A stretch of 64,000 bases of DNA from Geosiphon pyriformis uo1 (GCA_016748015.1 JAAOMT010000525.1:248001-312000), one strand, 5' to 3'. Shown: positions 1 through 11,181, counted from the stretch's first letter. Notes: generated by a model not told the origin, from the sequence alone. Numbers and translations are program-made.

Positions 1-478
1 TCTATTGATCTTGAATCAATGATTGTAAGGAGTTCTCTATTTTTGCTTTGGCGTTTTTACTCAAAACAAGTAAAATAATAACTTTTTAAACGGTTTAAGA
101 AAATCTCATTAGTAGTCTTAAACTGTTAATTTTAATGGTTAATGTTAATGTTGATGTTGGTTTTTTTGTTTTTGTTATGTTGCTCTTGTTGTTGTTGATT
201 GAAAAATTGATAAAATTTTCAAGTATAAAAATCTTTTAAAAGGCTTACTATTAAATTCAGATCCCCTTCACACATAAAACTCTATTTATCCCTTTTATAA
301 CGCGATATCTGAAAACCAGTTTTTTTTCAAAGGTTTTTTTATAGTGTCTTCAAATAAGTTGTTTTCATTCAATTTTATTTTTCGTAAAAAAAAAAACTCC
401 CGTATTACGAAATCTTAAGAGTTTGAAATTTGATTGTTAAAATACTAATATTTTTTAAAATAAATTCATAGCTTCATA

Positions 479-1592
479 ATGACACCAACCTTAGACATGA
501 ACGTAGTTCCTATAATAATGAAATACCTACGTCCAAAAGATCTTTACGCTTGTACTCTAGCCAGCAGACAACTTTGCAAAATAGCAATACCAGTACTTTG
601 GGAGTCACCATTTGGGAAATCATTTTCCAGAAATATTGACGTATTTCTTTGCTATCTGGGTTTCTTAAAAGATCAAGAATTACAAGATATACTTCGAAAA
701 TTTAATATACCAGAATTAAAAGCCAAGCACATGTTTACCTCCAATCGACCATTATTCGATTACCCATCATTTATCAGGGAGCTTCATTTCAATGCATTTT
801 TCTTGGTCGGAAGTTTTTTAGAGGATAGAGGGTACCGATGCGATTCTGATATTGACATTTATCCAAACGAGTTGATTCATTTGGTTCTAAAGATTTTTAA
901 AAGACGACGTGTAAGGTTCAATTCTTTCTTAATTAGCGAGAACTCGCAAAAGTTTTATTCGGAGGATTTTCAAATTTTAGAGGATTATCGGTATGCGAAA
1001 TTATTTGCTTCGGTTAAATCGGTTGTTATCGAACGAGTTTTTTATCCAAATCCTTTGATTGAGGTCAAGAGAGTATTCAGTAATTTGGTAAATAAAATGA
1101 AAAAAGAAAAATTTATTTTTTTCTTCAATTTTTGTTGATTGATTTTATGTTAATTTTATAAATTTTTTTTTCTAGGAACATATCGAAATCTGGTTTCGTC
1201 CATTATACACGATTGACCTTATCGATTCTGGGGTAGAACAAATTTGTAACTTTATTGAATCTCAAAAACAATTAATCAGTTTTCGAATTTTCGGTTTAGT
1301 GGATTGGACCTGGGAAATTTTCGAAGCGATCTCGAAACATTCGAATTCTTTGAGATATTTAGAGTTTGATTTAGTTAATTTTCGTGATTGTACACCCGAG
1401 GATTGGCGTGTTATTGTTAAATGTCAGAAATTACGTAAATTAGTGATTACAGATTATGAAAATATTGACGAGGATTGTGCGCGAGAATTACATTCGGGAG
1501 AATTTTTATCCTTGGAAAAGATTAATATTACCAATAAATTATTCAACCGATGTCGAACTTTGGAAGATTGGGTTGAATCGAGAAAGAGGTGA
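479..1592 (+). CDS. F-box domain protein with RNI/LRR-like C-terminus, 2 exons: join(479..1087,1176..1592), ~341 aa
   Basis: N-terminal F-box-like motif (VVPIIMKYL..KDLYACTLASRQLCKIAIPVLWESPF) plus the 'LFDYPSFIRELHF' motif typical of fungal F-box proteins. A GT..AG intron at 1088-1175 joins the two ORFs in frame (..FSNL|EHIEIWF..). A GTGAGT at 1589 could mark a further 3' exon. Confidence 0.85.
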
Positions 1593-2885
1593 GTATGAAG
1601 ATCCAAATATTGTTGGATGGGTTCTTTTTTGTTTTGTTGTTTTTTTTTTTGTATTTTTGTATTTTTTTTTTAAGAAAAAATTGTTTTTATCAAATCCATT
1701 ATATCCAAAAGTAATATTAATAGATTTAAAATAATTCTAAATTAAATAATTAATTTAAAACAATAGGGTTTAAAGGTAAAAAGGCCGAATTTAAATATGG
1801 TAAGAAATTAAGCCTTTTCTCTTTTCAAATAAAACTATTTATTTTTGGATAACTCATATCTAAATAAATACCAAGTTTATTTTCAAAATATGTAAAATTC
1901 AATAATATTACCATAGAAATATTTCGTAAACCATTCAGACTATTGTTTATATTTTGATCCTAGGCTTGGGAATAAGAATATTTCCAAAAATATGTATATT
2001 TTATTTCTGACTAACTTAAAAAAAAATTCCCTCATCATTTGATATTTAGTTTTTAAAGAATGTGATTCTCTTTTTTGAGTAGTTGTGTATATTCTATAAT
2101 TTTTTTAAATTGTTGTTAAAGTCATTTTTCAACACCTTTTCCCGTATAAAATAAAAGTAATTTCAGCGATTTTAAATGTTTTAAATATCTTATTGTTTTC
2201 CCCCCCCCCCCAAAAAAAATTACCTAATCCAATTCTAATAGTTTATATATAGACACTCTAAAAATTTTAAATTTCTAATAAAAAAATGGATTTTTTAAAG
2301 AAATATTTCAGTTATATTCATAGAAAAAATATATATATTATAAAGTCATTTATTATCATGAAAATAAATGTAATATTATCTCACTTACTTTTATTATTTA
2401 TATTTAATTATATTTAAAATGTTCAAAAAGGATAAAACACATAATTCAAAATTTTTTAAAAGAAATATTTTATTAGATTAAAAAAAATGAAACGAACTAA
2501 TACACAGATTATTAAATAGCTGAAATAGTGTGATATATTGCCTCTTCATCAATATCATAAAATATATTTAATATATGCCAAATTTTTATAATTAATGATG
2601 TTTGTCTAAATGATTTATGATAAGAAACACGTATCTATCAACGAAAATTCACAAATAAAGAAACGTCATGGTAAAAATTTAATATATTACCTGAAATCTC
2701 TCCTTAAGAAACGCTTTCATTTAAATTATGTTTAAAATGTATGGAAAACCTATGTTTTTTGGCAATAATTATATGTTACAGTTCATTTTCAGTTGATTCT
2801 TTGATCATTTAGGGAGTTACTTTTTTTCGAAACAAAATCTATTTTTTCTAATCTTTGTATTTTTAAGTCATAATTCAAAGACTAT

Positions 2886-3427
2886 NNNNNNNNNNNNNNN
2901 NNNNNNNNNNNNNNNNNNNNNNNNNNNNNNNNNNNNNNNNNNNNNNNNNNNNNNNNNNNNNNNNNNNNNNNNNNNNNNNNNNNNNNNNNNNNNNNNNNNN
3001 NNNNNNNNNNNNNNNNNNNNNNNNNNNNNNNNNNNNNNNNNNNNNNNNNNNNNNNNNNNNNNNNNNNNNNNNNNNNNNNNNNNNNNNNNNNNNNNNNNNN
3101 NNNNNNNNNNNNNNNNNNNNNNNNNNNNNNNNNNNNNNNNNNNNNNNNNNNNNNNNNNNNNNNNNNNNNNNNNNNNNNNNNNNNNNNNNNNNNNNNNNNN
3201 NNNNNNNNNNNNNNNNNNNNNNNNNNNNNNNNNNNNNNNNNNNNNNNNNNNNNNNNNNNNNNNNNNNNNNNNNNNNNNNNNNNNNNNNNNNNNNNNNNNN
3301 NNNNNNNNNNNNNNNNNNNNNNNNNNNNNNNNNNNNNNNNNNNNNNNNNNNNNNNNNNNNNNNNNNNNNNNNNNNNNNNNNNNNNNNNNNNNNNNNNNNN
3401 NNNNNNNNNNNNNNNNNNNNNNNNNNN
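2886..3427. other. Assembly gap (N run); additional 20-N gaps at 4605-4624 and 60671-60690
   Basis: Runs of N; all three flank or interrupt the repeat-protein genes. Confidence 1.
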
Positions 3428-4501
3428 AAACGTGATGAGGAGGAAAAACGTTGGGGCAAGTATAAACGTGATGAGTATAAACGTGGAGGTAACGGAAACA
3501 ATAACGGTAACGGAAACATTGGCAGCCAGAATGGAAACAATAACGGAAACAACAATTTAGGAGGAGGATTTAACGGCAATAGCAATGGTAACAACAATCT
3601 TGGCTCATATAATGGCAATAGCAATGGTAACAACAATAGACCATCTTACTGGTATAAACGTGATGAGGAGGAAAAACGTTGGGGTAAATATAAACGTGGT
3701 TTGTATAAACGTGATGAGGAGGAAAAACGTTGGGGCAAGTATAAACGTGATGAGTATAAACGTGGAGGTAACGGAAACAATAACGGTAACGGAAACATTG
3801 GCAGCCAGAATGGAAACAATAACGGAAACAACAATTTAGGAGGAGGATTTAACGGCAATAGCAATGGTAACAACAATCTCGGCTCATCTAATGGCAATAG
3901 CAATGGTAACAACAATAGACCATCTTACTGGTATAAACGTGATTTGTATAAACGTGATGGAAGTGGTAACGGCAATGGAAATGGAAATGTCGGTAGCAAC
4001 AATGGCAATGCTAATGGTAACAACAATGTAGGCGCCAACAATGGCAATGGAAACGGCAACAACAATCTTGGATCCAATAATGGAAATAAAAATGGTAACA
4101 ATAACCTTGGCGCCAATAATGGCAATGCTAATGGTAACAATAACCTTGGCTCCAATAATGGTAATCTCAATGGCAACAATAATCTTGGATCAAATAACGG
4201 AAATAAAAATGGTAACAATAACCTTGGCTCCAATAATGGTAATCTCAATGGCAACAATAATCTTGGATCAAATAACGGAAATAAAAATGGTAACAATAAT
4301 CTTGGATCAAATAACGGAAATAAAAATGGTAACAATAACCTTGGCTCCAATAATGGTAACCTCAATGGCAACAATAATCTAGGTAACAATAATGGAGGTA
4401 ACAACGGGAACAACAATGTAGGAAGCAATAACGGAGGTAACAATGGTAACAACAATGTGGGATCTAACAATGGTGGTGGCAATGGAAATAACAACCGTTA
4501 A
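3428..4501 (+). CDS. 5'-truncated copy of the Kex2-processed Asn/Gly repeat precursor; gap-bounded contig, possibly the misplaced interior of the 60093 copy
   Basis: Open frame from the gap to TAA 4501 with KR-delimited modules and a 181-aa 13-mer repeat tail. Its 5' part matches 60378-60670 in module order and silent variants. Confidence 0.7.
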   Translation, partial: KRDEEEKRWGKYKRDEYKRGGNGNNNGNGNIGSQNGNNNGNNNLGGGFNGNSNGNNNLGSYNGNSNGNNNRPSYWYKRDEEEKRWGKYKRGLYKRDEEEKRWGKYKRDEYKRGGNGNNNGNGNIGSQNGNNNGNNNLGGGFNGNSNGNNNLGSSNGNSNGNNNRPSYWYKRDLYKRDGSGNGNGNGNVGSNNGNANGNNNVGANNGNGNGNNNLGSNNGNKNGNNNLGANNGNANGNNNLGSNNGNLNGNNNLGSNNGNKNGNNNLGSNNGNLNGNNNLGSNNGNKNGNNNLGSNNGNKNGNNNLGSNNGNLNGNNNLGNNNGGNNGNNNVGSNNGGNNGNNNVGSNNGGGNGNNNR

Positions 4502-4627
4502 AGAGTTATAAGCTCGAACAATTTTTCATATTAGCATTTCTTTTGTTCATAGCGTAGAATATTTAAAAAATATTTGATCCTTCTTTTTATCAATTTGCAT
4601 TTGCNNNNNNNNNNNNNNNNNNNNTCT

Positions 4628-4635
4628 TATAAAAG
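4628..4635 (+). promoter_or_regulatory. Putative TATA box of the repeat precursor gene (equivalent at 60001-60008)
   Basis: TATAAAAG about 92 nt upstream of the ATG in both copies. Confidence 0.5.
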
Positions 4636-4720
4636 TAAAGCTTTCCCGTTAAATTTTTACCCATCTCATCAAGAAGAAAAGCTTCTCTTTCTAAATCTTT
4701 TACACTCAAAGAATTAAAAA

Positions 4721-6211
4721 ATGTCAAAAACTAGCATTTGCCTTAGCATTTTGTTTGCCAGCACCCTGGTGCTCGGAGAGCCATTTCCTTATTGGTATAA
4801 ACGCGGAGGTAACGGAAACAATAACGGTAACGGAAACATTGGCAGCCAGAATGGAAACAATAACGGAAACAACAATTTAGGAGGAGGATTTAACGGCAAT
4901 AGCAATGGTAACAACAATCTCGGCTCATATAATGGCAATAGCAATGGTAACAACAATAGACCATCTTACTGGTATAAACGTGATGAGGAGGAAAAACGTT
5001 GGGGTAAATATAAACGTGGTTTGTATAAACGTGATGAGGAGGAAAAACGTTGGGGCAAGTATAAACGTGATGAGTATAAACGTGGAGGTAACGGAAACAA
5101 TAACGGTAACGGAAACATTGGCGGCAACAATGGAAACAATAACGGAAACAACAATCTAGGAGGAGGATTTAACGGCAATAACAATGGTAACAACAATCGC
5201 GGCTCATCTAATGGCAATAGCAATGGTAACAACAATAGACCATCTTACTGGTATAAACGTGATTTGTATAAACGTGATGGAAGTGGTAACGGCAATGGAA
5301 ATGGAAATGTCGGTAGCAACAATGGCAATGCTAATGGTAACAACAATGTAGGCGCCAACAATGGCAATGGAAACGGCAACAACAATCTTGGATCCAATAA
5401 TGGAAATAAAAATGGTAACAATAACCTTGGCGCCAATAATGGCAATGCTAATGGTAACAATAACCTTGGCTCCAATAATGGTAATCTCAATGGCAACAAT
5501 AACCTTGGCGCCAATAATGGCAATGCTAATGGTAACAATAACCTTGGCTCCAATAATGGTAATCTCAATGGCAACAATAACCTTGGCGCCAATAATGGCA
5601 ATGCTAATGGTAACAATAACCTTGGCTCCAATAATGGTAATCTCAATGGCAACAATAATCTTGGATCAAATAACGGAAATAAAAATGGTAACAATAACCT
5701 TGGCGCCAATAATGGTAATCTCAATGGCAACAATAACCTTGGAGCAAATAACGGAAATAAAAATGGTAACAACAACCTTGGCTCCAATAATGGTAATCTC
5801 AATGGCAACAATAACCTTGGCGCCAATAATGGCAATGCTAATGGTAACAACAATCTTGGATCCAATAATGGAAATAAAAATGGTAACAATAACCTTGGCG
5901 CCAATAATGGCAATGCTAATGGTAACAATAACCTTGGCTCCAATAATGGTAATCTCAATGGCAACAATAACCTTGGCGCCAATAATGGCAATGCTAATGG
6001 TAACAATAACCTTGGATCAAATAACGGAAATAAAAATGGTAACAATAACCTTGGCTCCAATAATGGTAACCTCAATGGCAACAATAATCTAGGTAACAAT
6101 AATGGAGGTAACAACGGGAACAACAATGTAGGAAGCAATAACGGAGGTAACAATGGTAACAACAATGTGGGATCTAACAATGGTGGTGGCAATGGAAATA
6201 ACAACCGTTAA
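4721..6211 (+). CDS. Secreted KEX2-processed repeat protein (KEP), Asn/Gly-rich, 496 aa, intronless
   Basis: Hydrophobic signal peptide MSKTSICLSILFASTLVLG and 10 KR sites. These delimit EPFPYWY, two 57-aa NG modules ending RPSYWY, DEEE x2, WGKY x2, GLY, DEY and DLY. A 311-aa C-terminal domain of 13-aa repeats follows. Confidence 0.9.
   Translation: MSKTSICLSILFASTLVLGEPFPYWYKRGGNGNNNGNGNIGSQNGNNNGNNNLGGGFNGNSNGNNNLGSYNGNSNGNNNRPSYWYKRDEEEKRWGKYKRGLYKRDEEEKRWGKYKRDEYKRGGNGNNNGNGNIGGNNGNNNGNNNLGGGFNGNNNGNNNRGSSNGNSNGNNNRPSYWYKRDLYKRDGSGNGNGNGNVGSNNGNANGNNNVGANNGNGNGNNNLGSNNGNKNGNNNLGANNGNANGNNNLGSNNGNLNGNNNLGANNGNANGNNNLGSNNGNLNGNNNLGANNGNANGNNNLGSNNGNLNGNNNLGSNNGNKNGNNNLGANNGNLNGNNNLGANNGNKNGNNNLGSNNGNLNGNNNLGANNGNANGNNNLGSNNGNKNGNNNLGANNGNANGNNNLGSNNGNLNGNNNLGANNGNANGNNNLGSNNGNKNGNNNLGSNNGNLNGNNNLGNNNGGNNGNNNVGSNNGGNNGNNNVGSNNGGGNGNNNR
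5276..6208 (+). repeat. Coding minisatellite, 39-bp unit encoding (L/V)G(S/A)NNGN(A/L/K/G)NGNNN, ~23-24 units
   Basis: Visible 39-nt periodicity. The tail in 3428-4501 is exactly 130 aa (10 units) shorter. Confidence 0.9.
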
Positions 6212-7982
6212 AGAGTTATAAGCTCGAACAATTTTTCATATTAGCATTTCTTTTGTTCATAGCGTAGAATATTTAAAAAATATTTGATCCTTCTTTTTAT
6301 CAATTTGCATTTGCATAAAAAATTCCATATCTGTATATACCAAAGATCGAATGATGTAGTTAGCCAAGTAAATTTCAATCTAAAAAACCGGCCCTCTACA
6401 TTAATACCATTTTAAATTATTGAATCGATTAAATGTTGTTCCTGAATATTTTTTGAGGCTCATTATTCTTAAGAGGTCGATTCTTAAATTCTTCAAATTT
6501 TATTAGCATTTAGATCAATAAATTTTTGATACGATTTTTATTCTGATTTATAAACTTGGGAAGAAGGATGCATCTTATTTTATTGAAATGAAGGCAATTT
6601 TTTATTAATACTAAAAGTGATCTAATTTTTAAAAAATGCGAATGTTTTGCGGCAAAATTTTGTTCTTGTAATTAAGTACAAATTCATTACAACACGTCAA
6701 TATTTCCTGAGGAGAAAATTAAGGGTCCATGAAGTAGTCTTAAAGATTTTTTAAGAAACTAATCTTTTTTTACCTGTAACAATATCCAAAAGCTCATTCA
6801 TAGCTTCAAGGACTGCTTCTGAGGCAGTTGATTATTTATTAGATTATTGATATAAAACACGCTAAATAGTGCTTTTAGAGGTCATTAATGTTTGGAAATG
6901 TGAATTCAAAAAAATAAAGACAAAAAACTATTTCGGGCATTACCATTTTCTTGCTTTATTTTTTATTTTTTTTTTGATCGATCTATTTTGTTATCTATCA
7001 GTCAATAATAAAAATAGAAAGAAATTTTTTTGCTTCTTTTCTCTCTTTCATAAATATGCAATAATAATAAGATGATAGTAGTACTTCATAAATATTTCTA
7101 TGAACCCCATCATCTTTAGCTTTTAACTTTTATAATCGCGAAAACCTTGATATGAAAAAAAAAGATTTCTGAACCCAAACTTCAAATTTCATTTTAGAAC
7201 AAATTCTCTAAATAAAAATTAATTTTTATTATTTATTTTGAAGAGAAAAATACTTAAAATTTTATTCCCAAGTGTTCCATGATCTTTTAAATTAATTGAC
7301 TTTAAAAAGATTTTTTCCAATTTCTTTAATTTCTTTTAGAGCGACTTAGGTACAAAGAAAATAATAATAATAATAATAATAAACCTGACATCCTTATTTT
7401 TATATTTAAGGCCTGAATTAGAAAACATAAAAACTCTGCAAAGTCATTAAAATGGAAAAGTATTCAGAGAAACACACTATCTAGCGTTAACATGGTAAAT
7501 AAAAATTGCCTTTTAAAAAAATTCAATATCAACTTTATTCTATACAAGATCATCGACAAAAAATTATGGAGAATCCTTGTCACACAGCAAGAACGAAACT
7601 TGTTCCCACACACAAAATCATATAATGCAACAATGGCATTTGGCTGAGTTACATGCATGAAAAAATAATAAGGCTCATCATGTTTATTAATAAAAAAAGT
7701 TTATTTACATTCTTGATGATGATGAATCAAGATAATTCAGTACAAGAGATTTATAAGAGGGAGAGTTTTCACTAATTTAATAATATTAAGTCTAAGTGAA
7801 AAGTGAAAATTTAATTCCAGAAGGTGATGTTCGAGGAAGGTAATATATTAATAAAGGGGAAATTATACAAAATTATATATATCTTTGGTTTTACAACGAT
7901 TTTTTGGCAAATGTACTGATACAATTGCAATTCAGAAAAATAAAATTAGACATTGGATTTCACAAAAATTAATTAAATTAAA

Positions 7983-8774
7983 TTAAATTATATGGAATGG
8001 ACCGCTGTAAAGAATAAGGAAAAAGTGAAATCTGCGTTAGACAATGAAAATAGTACCTTGTACATTTCGATTCATCAAATCAAATATGAATAAAATTCTC
8101 ACCTAAAAGTAATACAGTTTGGACCTTCAGCACTACTTCCCCAACTTTTCAGTGTAAACTTAGTGGCAGTATCATCGTTGCCATAGGTGACCCAGTCGAC
8201 AGTGTTCGGAATTGTAAGAGTGGTAACAAGAGATGCTTCACCATGCCCATCAAATGGTACTTTCTCTGAACCAACTCGGAGGTCAGCAACCCAACCATGT
8301 TCGTAGTACAACTCAACAGAATCAATAGCATTGATGAGAGAATCATTTTTCTCGTAGTAAACTTTGATGGGCTGGCCTCTTTGAAAGGTTTCCGATCCTT
8401 CTGGTGATACAATCTTGAAATCTGTCAAGCAACAGACAAAAAGGATGCGAAATTGGTCAGTAACAAGACTCGGCTTGTTTAAAGAAAAGTTATAGGAGGT
8501 TTTCTTTTTGACATTCAAACATACCTTGACAATTCATTACGATGGGACCATCTGTTGAGTAAAAACAAAAATGGTAAAAATTTTAAGAGAGATTTTTGAA
8601 AGAAATATTTTTTTGATTCTTGCAAAAATGAGTCAGTCAAATTATTCAATAGATTTTAATATTACCTCTTTGGCGTAAATTTAAGGGTATTGCGCTAGTT
8701 TGTAAAATGCATAGGAGCAATATACTTGAGATCAATAGTAGAACGGTTGAAAGGAACTTGGTATTTGAAATCAT
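7983..8774 (-). CDS. Small secreted protein with Kre9/Knh1-like Ig-fold signature, 4 exons: complement(join(7983..8004,8103..8421,8525..8551,8666..8774)), 158 aa
   Basis: Spliced product MISNTKFLSTVLLLISSILLLCILQTSA-IPLNLRQR-DGPIVMNCQDFKIVSPEG...GPNCITFSGPFHII. All introns are GT-AG, the last has a CTAAC branch point, and the total of 477 nt is in frame. The I-x-S-P start and S-x-x-F-x-I end resemble PF10342. Confidence 0.8.
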
Positions 8775-10129
8775 GATTTGGTTGAAATGAAAAAAATTTA
8801 TGTTCAAAATTTCTTAGAATGATAAATAATCCTTTGGAAAAAAAAGAGATTTTTTTTTTTGGTAAAGAATATGAAAAATATTCGATTTTCTGTCACTGAA
8901 AGGCCAAAATGTATCTCTTTTTATAAATAATCGAGTATTAAATAAACAGAAGCTCATTTTAGACGTGTATGGACGAGAACGATGATGATGATTATTAAAA
9001 TCTCATGATGACTCGAGTGACCATGATGTCATTAACAGTAATGATTTTCTCAACCCAAAAATAGACTGAGACCCGACAAAAGTTCCCCATGATTAAATGT
9101 CGGGTAGCTCCATCTTCTAGTGAAGGGGGCTGATTGATGAAATTTAAGTTTGTCACCAAACAGAGAACATCGAGATTTCGACAGGAATCCGCCAAAAAAA
9201 AATTCAACTTGTAACCCTTTTATCGTCATTGTTATGCCTGAACCCGGTGCTAAGACACAAATGTATATATGGGTACTTATTTTATGTTTGGCCAAATATT
9301 CAACCCTTAACGATTATGGCAAAGATCATAGCTGATCCGGAGATTTTTAAATATTATTTTTCAGTTCCCCTAATATTGATCAACAGAATAAACGAAACTA
9401 GGCTTTTTGGTGGACATGTAATAATGATTTTGATTTCTCGTAGCGAAAAAACTGGCGAGAATACAGGGGTAGCAAGTTGGAATAAAGATCGAAATTTGAA
9501 AAAATTCTCGAGACATCATTATTTTGATTATCAAATATCATGCAAGCCACACACTACTGAAGAGGCTTTTCAATTATCACAACTTTCCAGAACAATACGG
9601 GTATTGTCAAGTTGTGATAATTCAAAAGCTTAACACACTCACAACCATGAACAGCCACAATTAGGAAACAATACCAATAGAACCAACACCAAATGAGGCA
9701 GTGCAAGCTTGCAGAATTTCAAAAAAGAATCGTTTTACTTTTTTTTTCCCTAATTTTTTTTATCAAAGAAATCCCGAATTCACAAGCTTTACTTTCCTTG
9801 AAGCCACAAAAGAAATTGAAACGAAACTAGTTCTTTGCATGTTTTCTGGGTCGTTTCATAGATAAATCCTTTGAAAAAAAAAACGTGCTTTGACGTTGGC
9901 CTGAGGCTAATGTCTCGGGCCCAGCGTGTTGGAAGGTCTTGCTCTTCCTGTTTTTCTATCTCAAGCGTCATTATAAAAGTGGCAATCCTTTTGTCACCTT
10001 TCAAACTCCTTTTTAATTGTCAAAGAAACTTTTCCCTTGTCTTTTGTTTTACTTTGACTCGACAAAAATCATTGTTTGACAAGTTGCTATTAATAATTCT
10101 CAAAAAGTCAATCACCTTTTCTAAATCCA
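8775..10129. promoter_or_regulatory. Bidirectional promoter region between the two secreted-protein paralogues
   Basis: Divergent ATGs about 1.35 kb apart. TATA-like boxes at 8917-8925 (minus) and 9972-9979 (plus). CpG is retained. Confidence 0.5.
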
Positions 10130-10924
10130 ATGTATTACACAAAATTCACTTTGATAATATTAGTTCTCTTATGTGTCTGTTCCATGTTCGTCAATGCGGC
10201 CCCGAGTAGACTAAGTAAAAAGATATATGATTTATAGTTGAAAGATAAATAAATTTTTTTTAAACCTTAGGGAGAGATAAAAATTAATTCTTTTTTCGAT
10301 TCTTCCCATAACAATTACAATAGAGATCGGAAAACGTGATCCAAAATGTTCAGGTAAAAAACTTTTTACCAAATTGGAATTCAAAAGTTGCTTGCACATC
10401 TTTACAATATATCACCAAGTAATTGAAATACTAGCTAAATGTAATTTAATTTTTATCTTCGACATGTATTTCACACAACCCTGCATATTCAGAGTTTAAA
10501 ATAATTAGCCCAAAATCTGGTGATGCTCTACCTAAAAATGGTCAAGTGACGGTTCAATACAAGAAAAATGGATCAGGAGTTGACGAAGTTACCTCGGTTG
10601 ATCTATACTACGACAAAGGTGTCGTCGCATTCCTACCTACCCAAAAAACAAAATTTGACTCAAATGGTATCGCTAAAATCAAGATTAAATTAGATATGCC
10701 CAATAATTCAGATATAAAGTTGGGAAAAGGCCCTGGCACGACTAATTTCAAGTTTAAGAGTTGGGCTAATACTCGTGAGGGTCCTCATTGTACTACTTTT
10801 AGGTGAGGGTTTTTTTTTTCTTTTTTAAAAGCTATGAAGATTATATGAACTTTCATTTCTGATAATTGACCGATTTTCATTCGAATGAATTTTCAATAGT
10901 GATGATTTCAAGATTGCCCCTTAA
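10130..10924 (+). CDS. Paralogous small secreted protein, 4 exons: join(10130..10214,10324..10353,10493..10802,10900..10924), 149 aa
   Basis: Product MYYTKFTLIILVLLCVCSMFVNA-APSRLKIGKR-DPKCSEFKIISPKSG...KFKSWANTREGPHCTTFSDDFKIAP. Intron phases (1,1,2) and the two mature-domain Cys match the minus-strand paralogue. An alternative first donor exists at 10206. Confidence 0.8.
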
Positions 10925-11134
10925 AGATTGTTGAATCCTTCCCTTCTTTAAATTTGCACCTCAGATCACTCAAAAAAAAATTCTTTTTGTATATCTTTTG
11001 TGAAACTATGCCCATCAGCAAATATCTTCTTTTTGTAGATACATGTTTCCTAAATACTCACTTTTGAGAATTTGTTTACTTAGTTACCATTTCCCTCTTG
11101 ATTGCAAAACAGTTCTATAATAATAAAGATGATA

Positions 11135-11168
<34 letters not shown>

Positions 11169-11181
11169 GTAATAATAATAA
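11135..11181. repeat. (AAT)n microsatellite
   Basis: Near-perfect AAT tandem run with one AGT interruption. Confidence 0.85.

Larger units (their letters stand above)
1770..6430 (+). repeat. Segmental duplication copy A (upstream region + KEP gene + 3' flank)
   Basis: 1770-2885 aligns to ~57352-58487, 4625-4720 to 59998-60092, and 6212-~6430 to 60892-~61100. Confidence 0.85.

Noticed and set aside
5245-6204. Long antisense Leu/Pro-rich ORFs and alternative-frame MVTITLAPI ORFs over the repeat genes (also 2875-4494 and 59984-60884)
   Set aside because: Shadow frames produced by AAY/GGN codon repeats that lack stops. Only the sense frame has a TATA box, signal peptide and KR logic.
5276-6208. 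CRISPR array or horizontally acquired mycobacterial PPE-type repeat
   Set aside because: There are no unique spacers and the repeat is in-frame coding. The period is 13 aa with a eukaryotic secretion and Kex2 architecture, so the similarity is only compositional.
4721-6211. Dikaritin/ustiloxin-type RiPP gene cluster
   Set aside because: No DUF3328/UstYa, tyrosinase, transporter or other tailoring gene is visible in the window, and the core peptides are heterogeneous. Trans-acting enzymes cannot be excluded.
8995-10209. Short ORFs between the two secreted-protein genes
   Set aside because: No motifs or splice logic; they overlap the promoter region and the true first exon in another frame.
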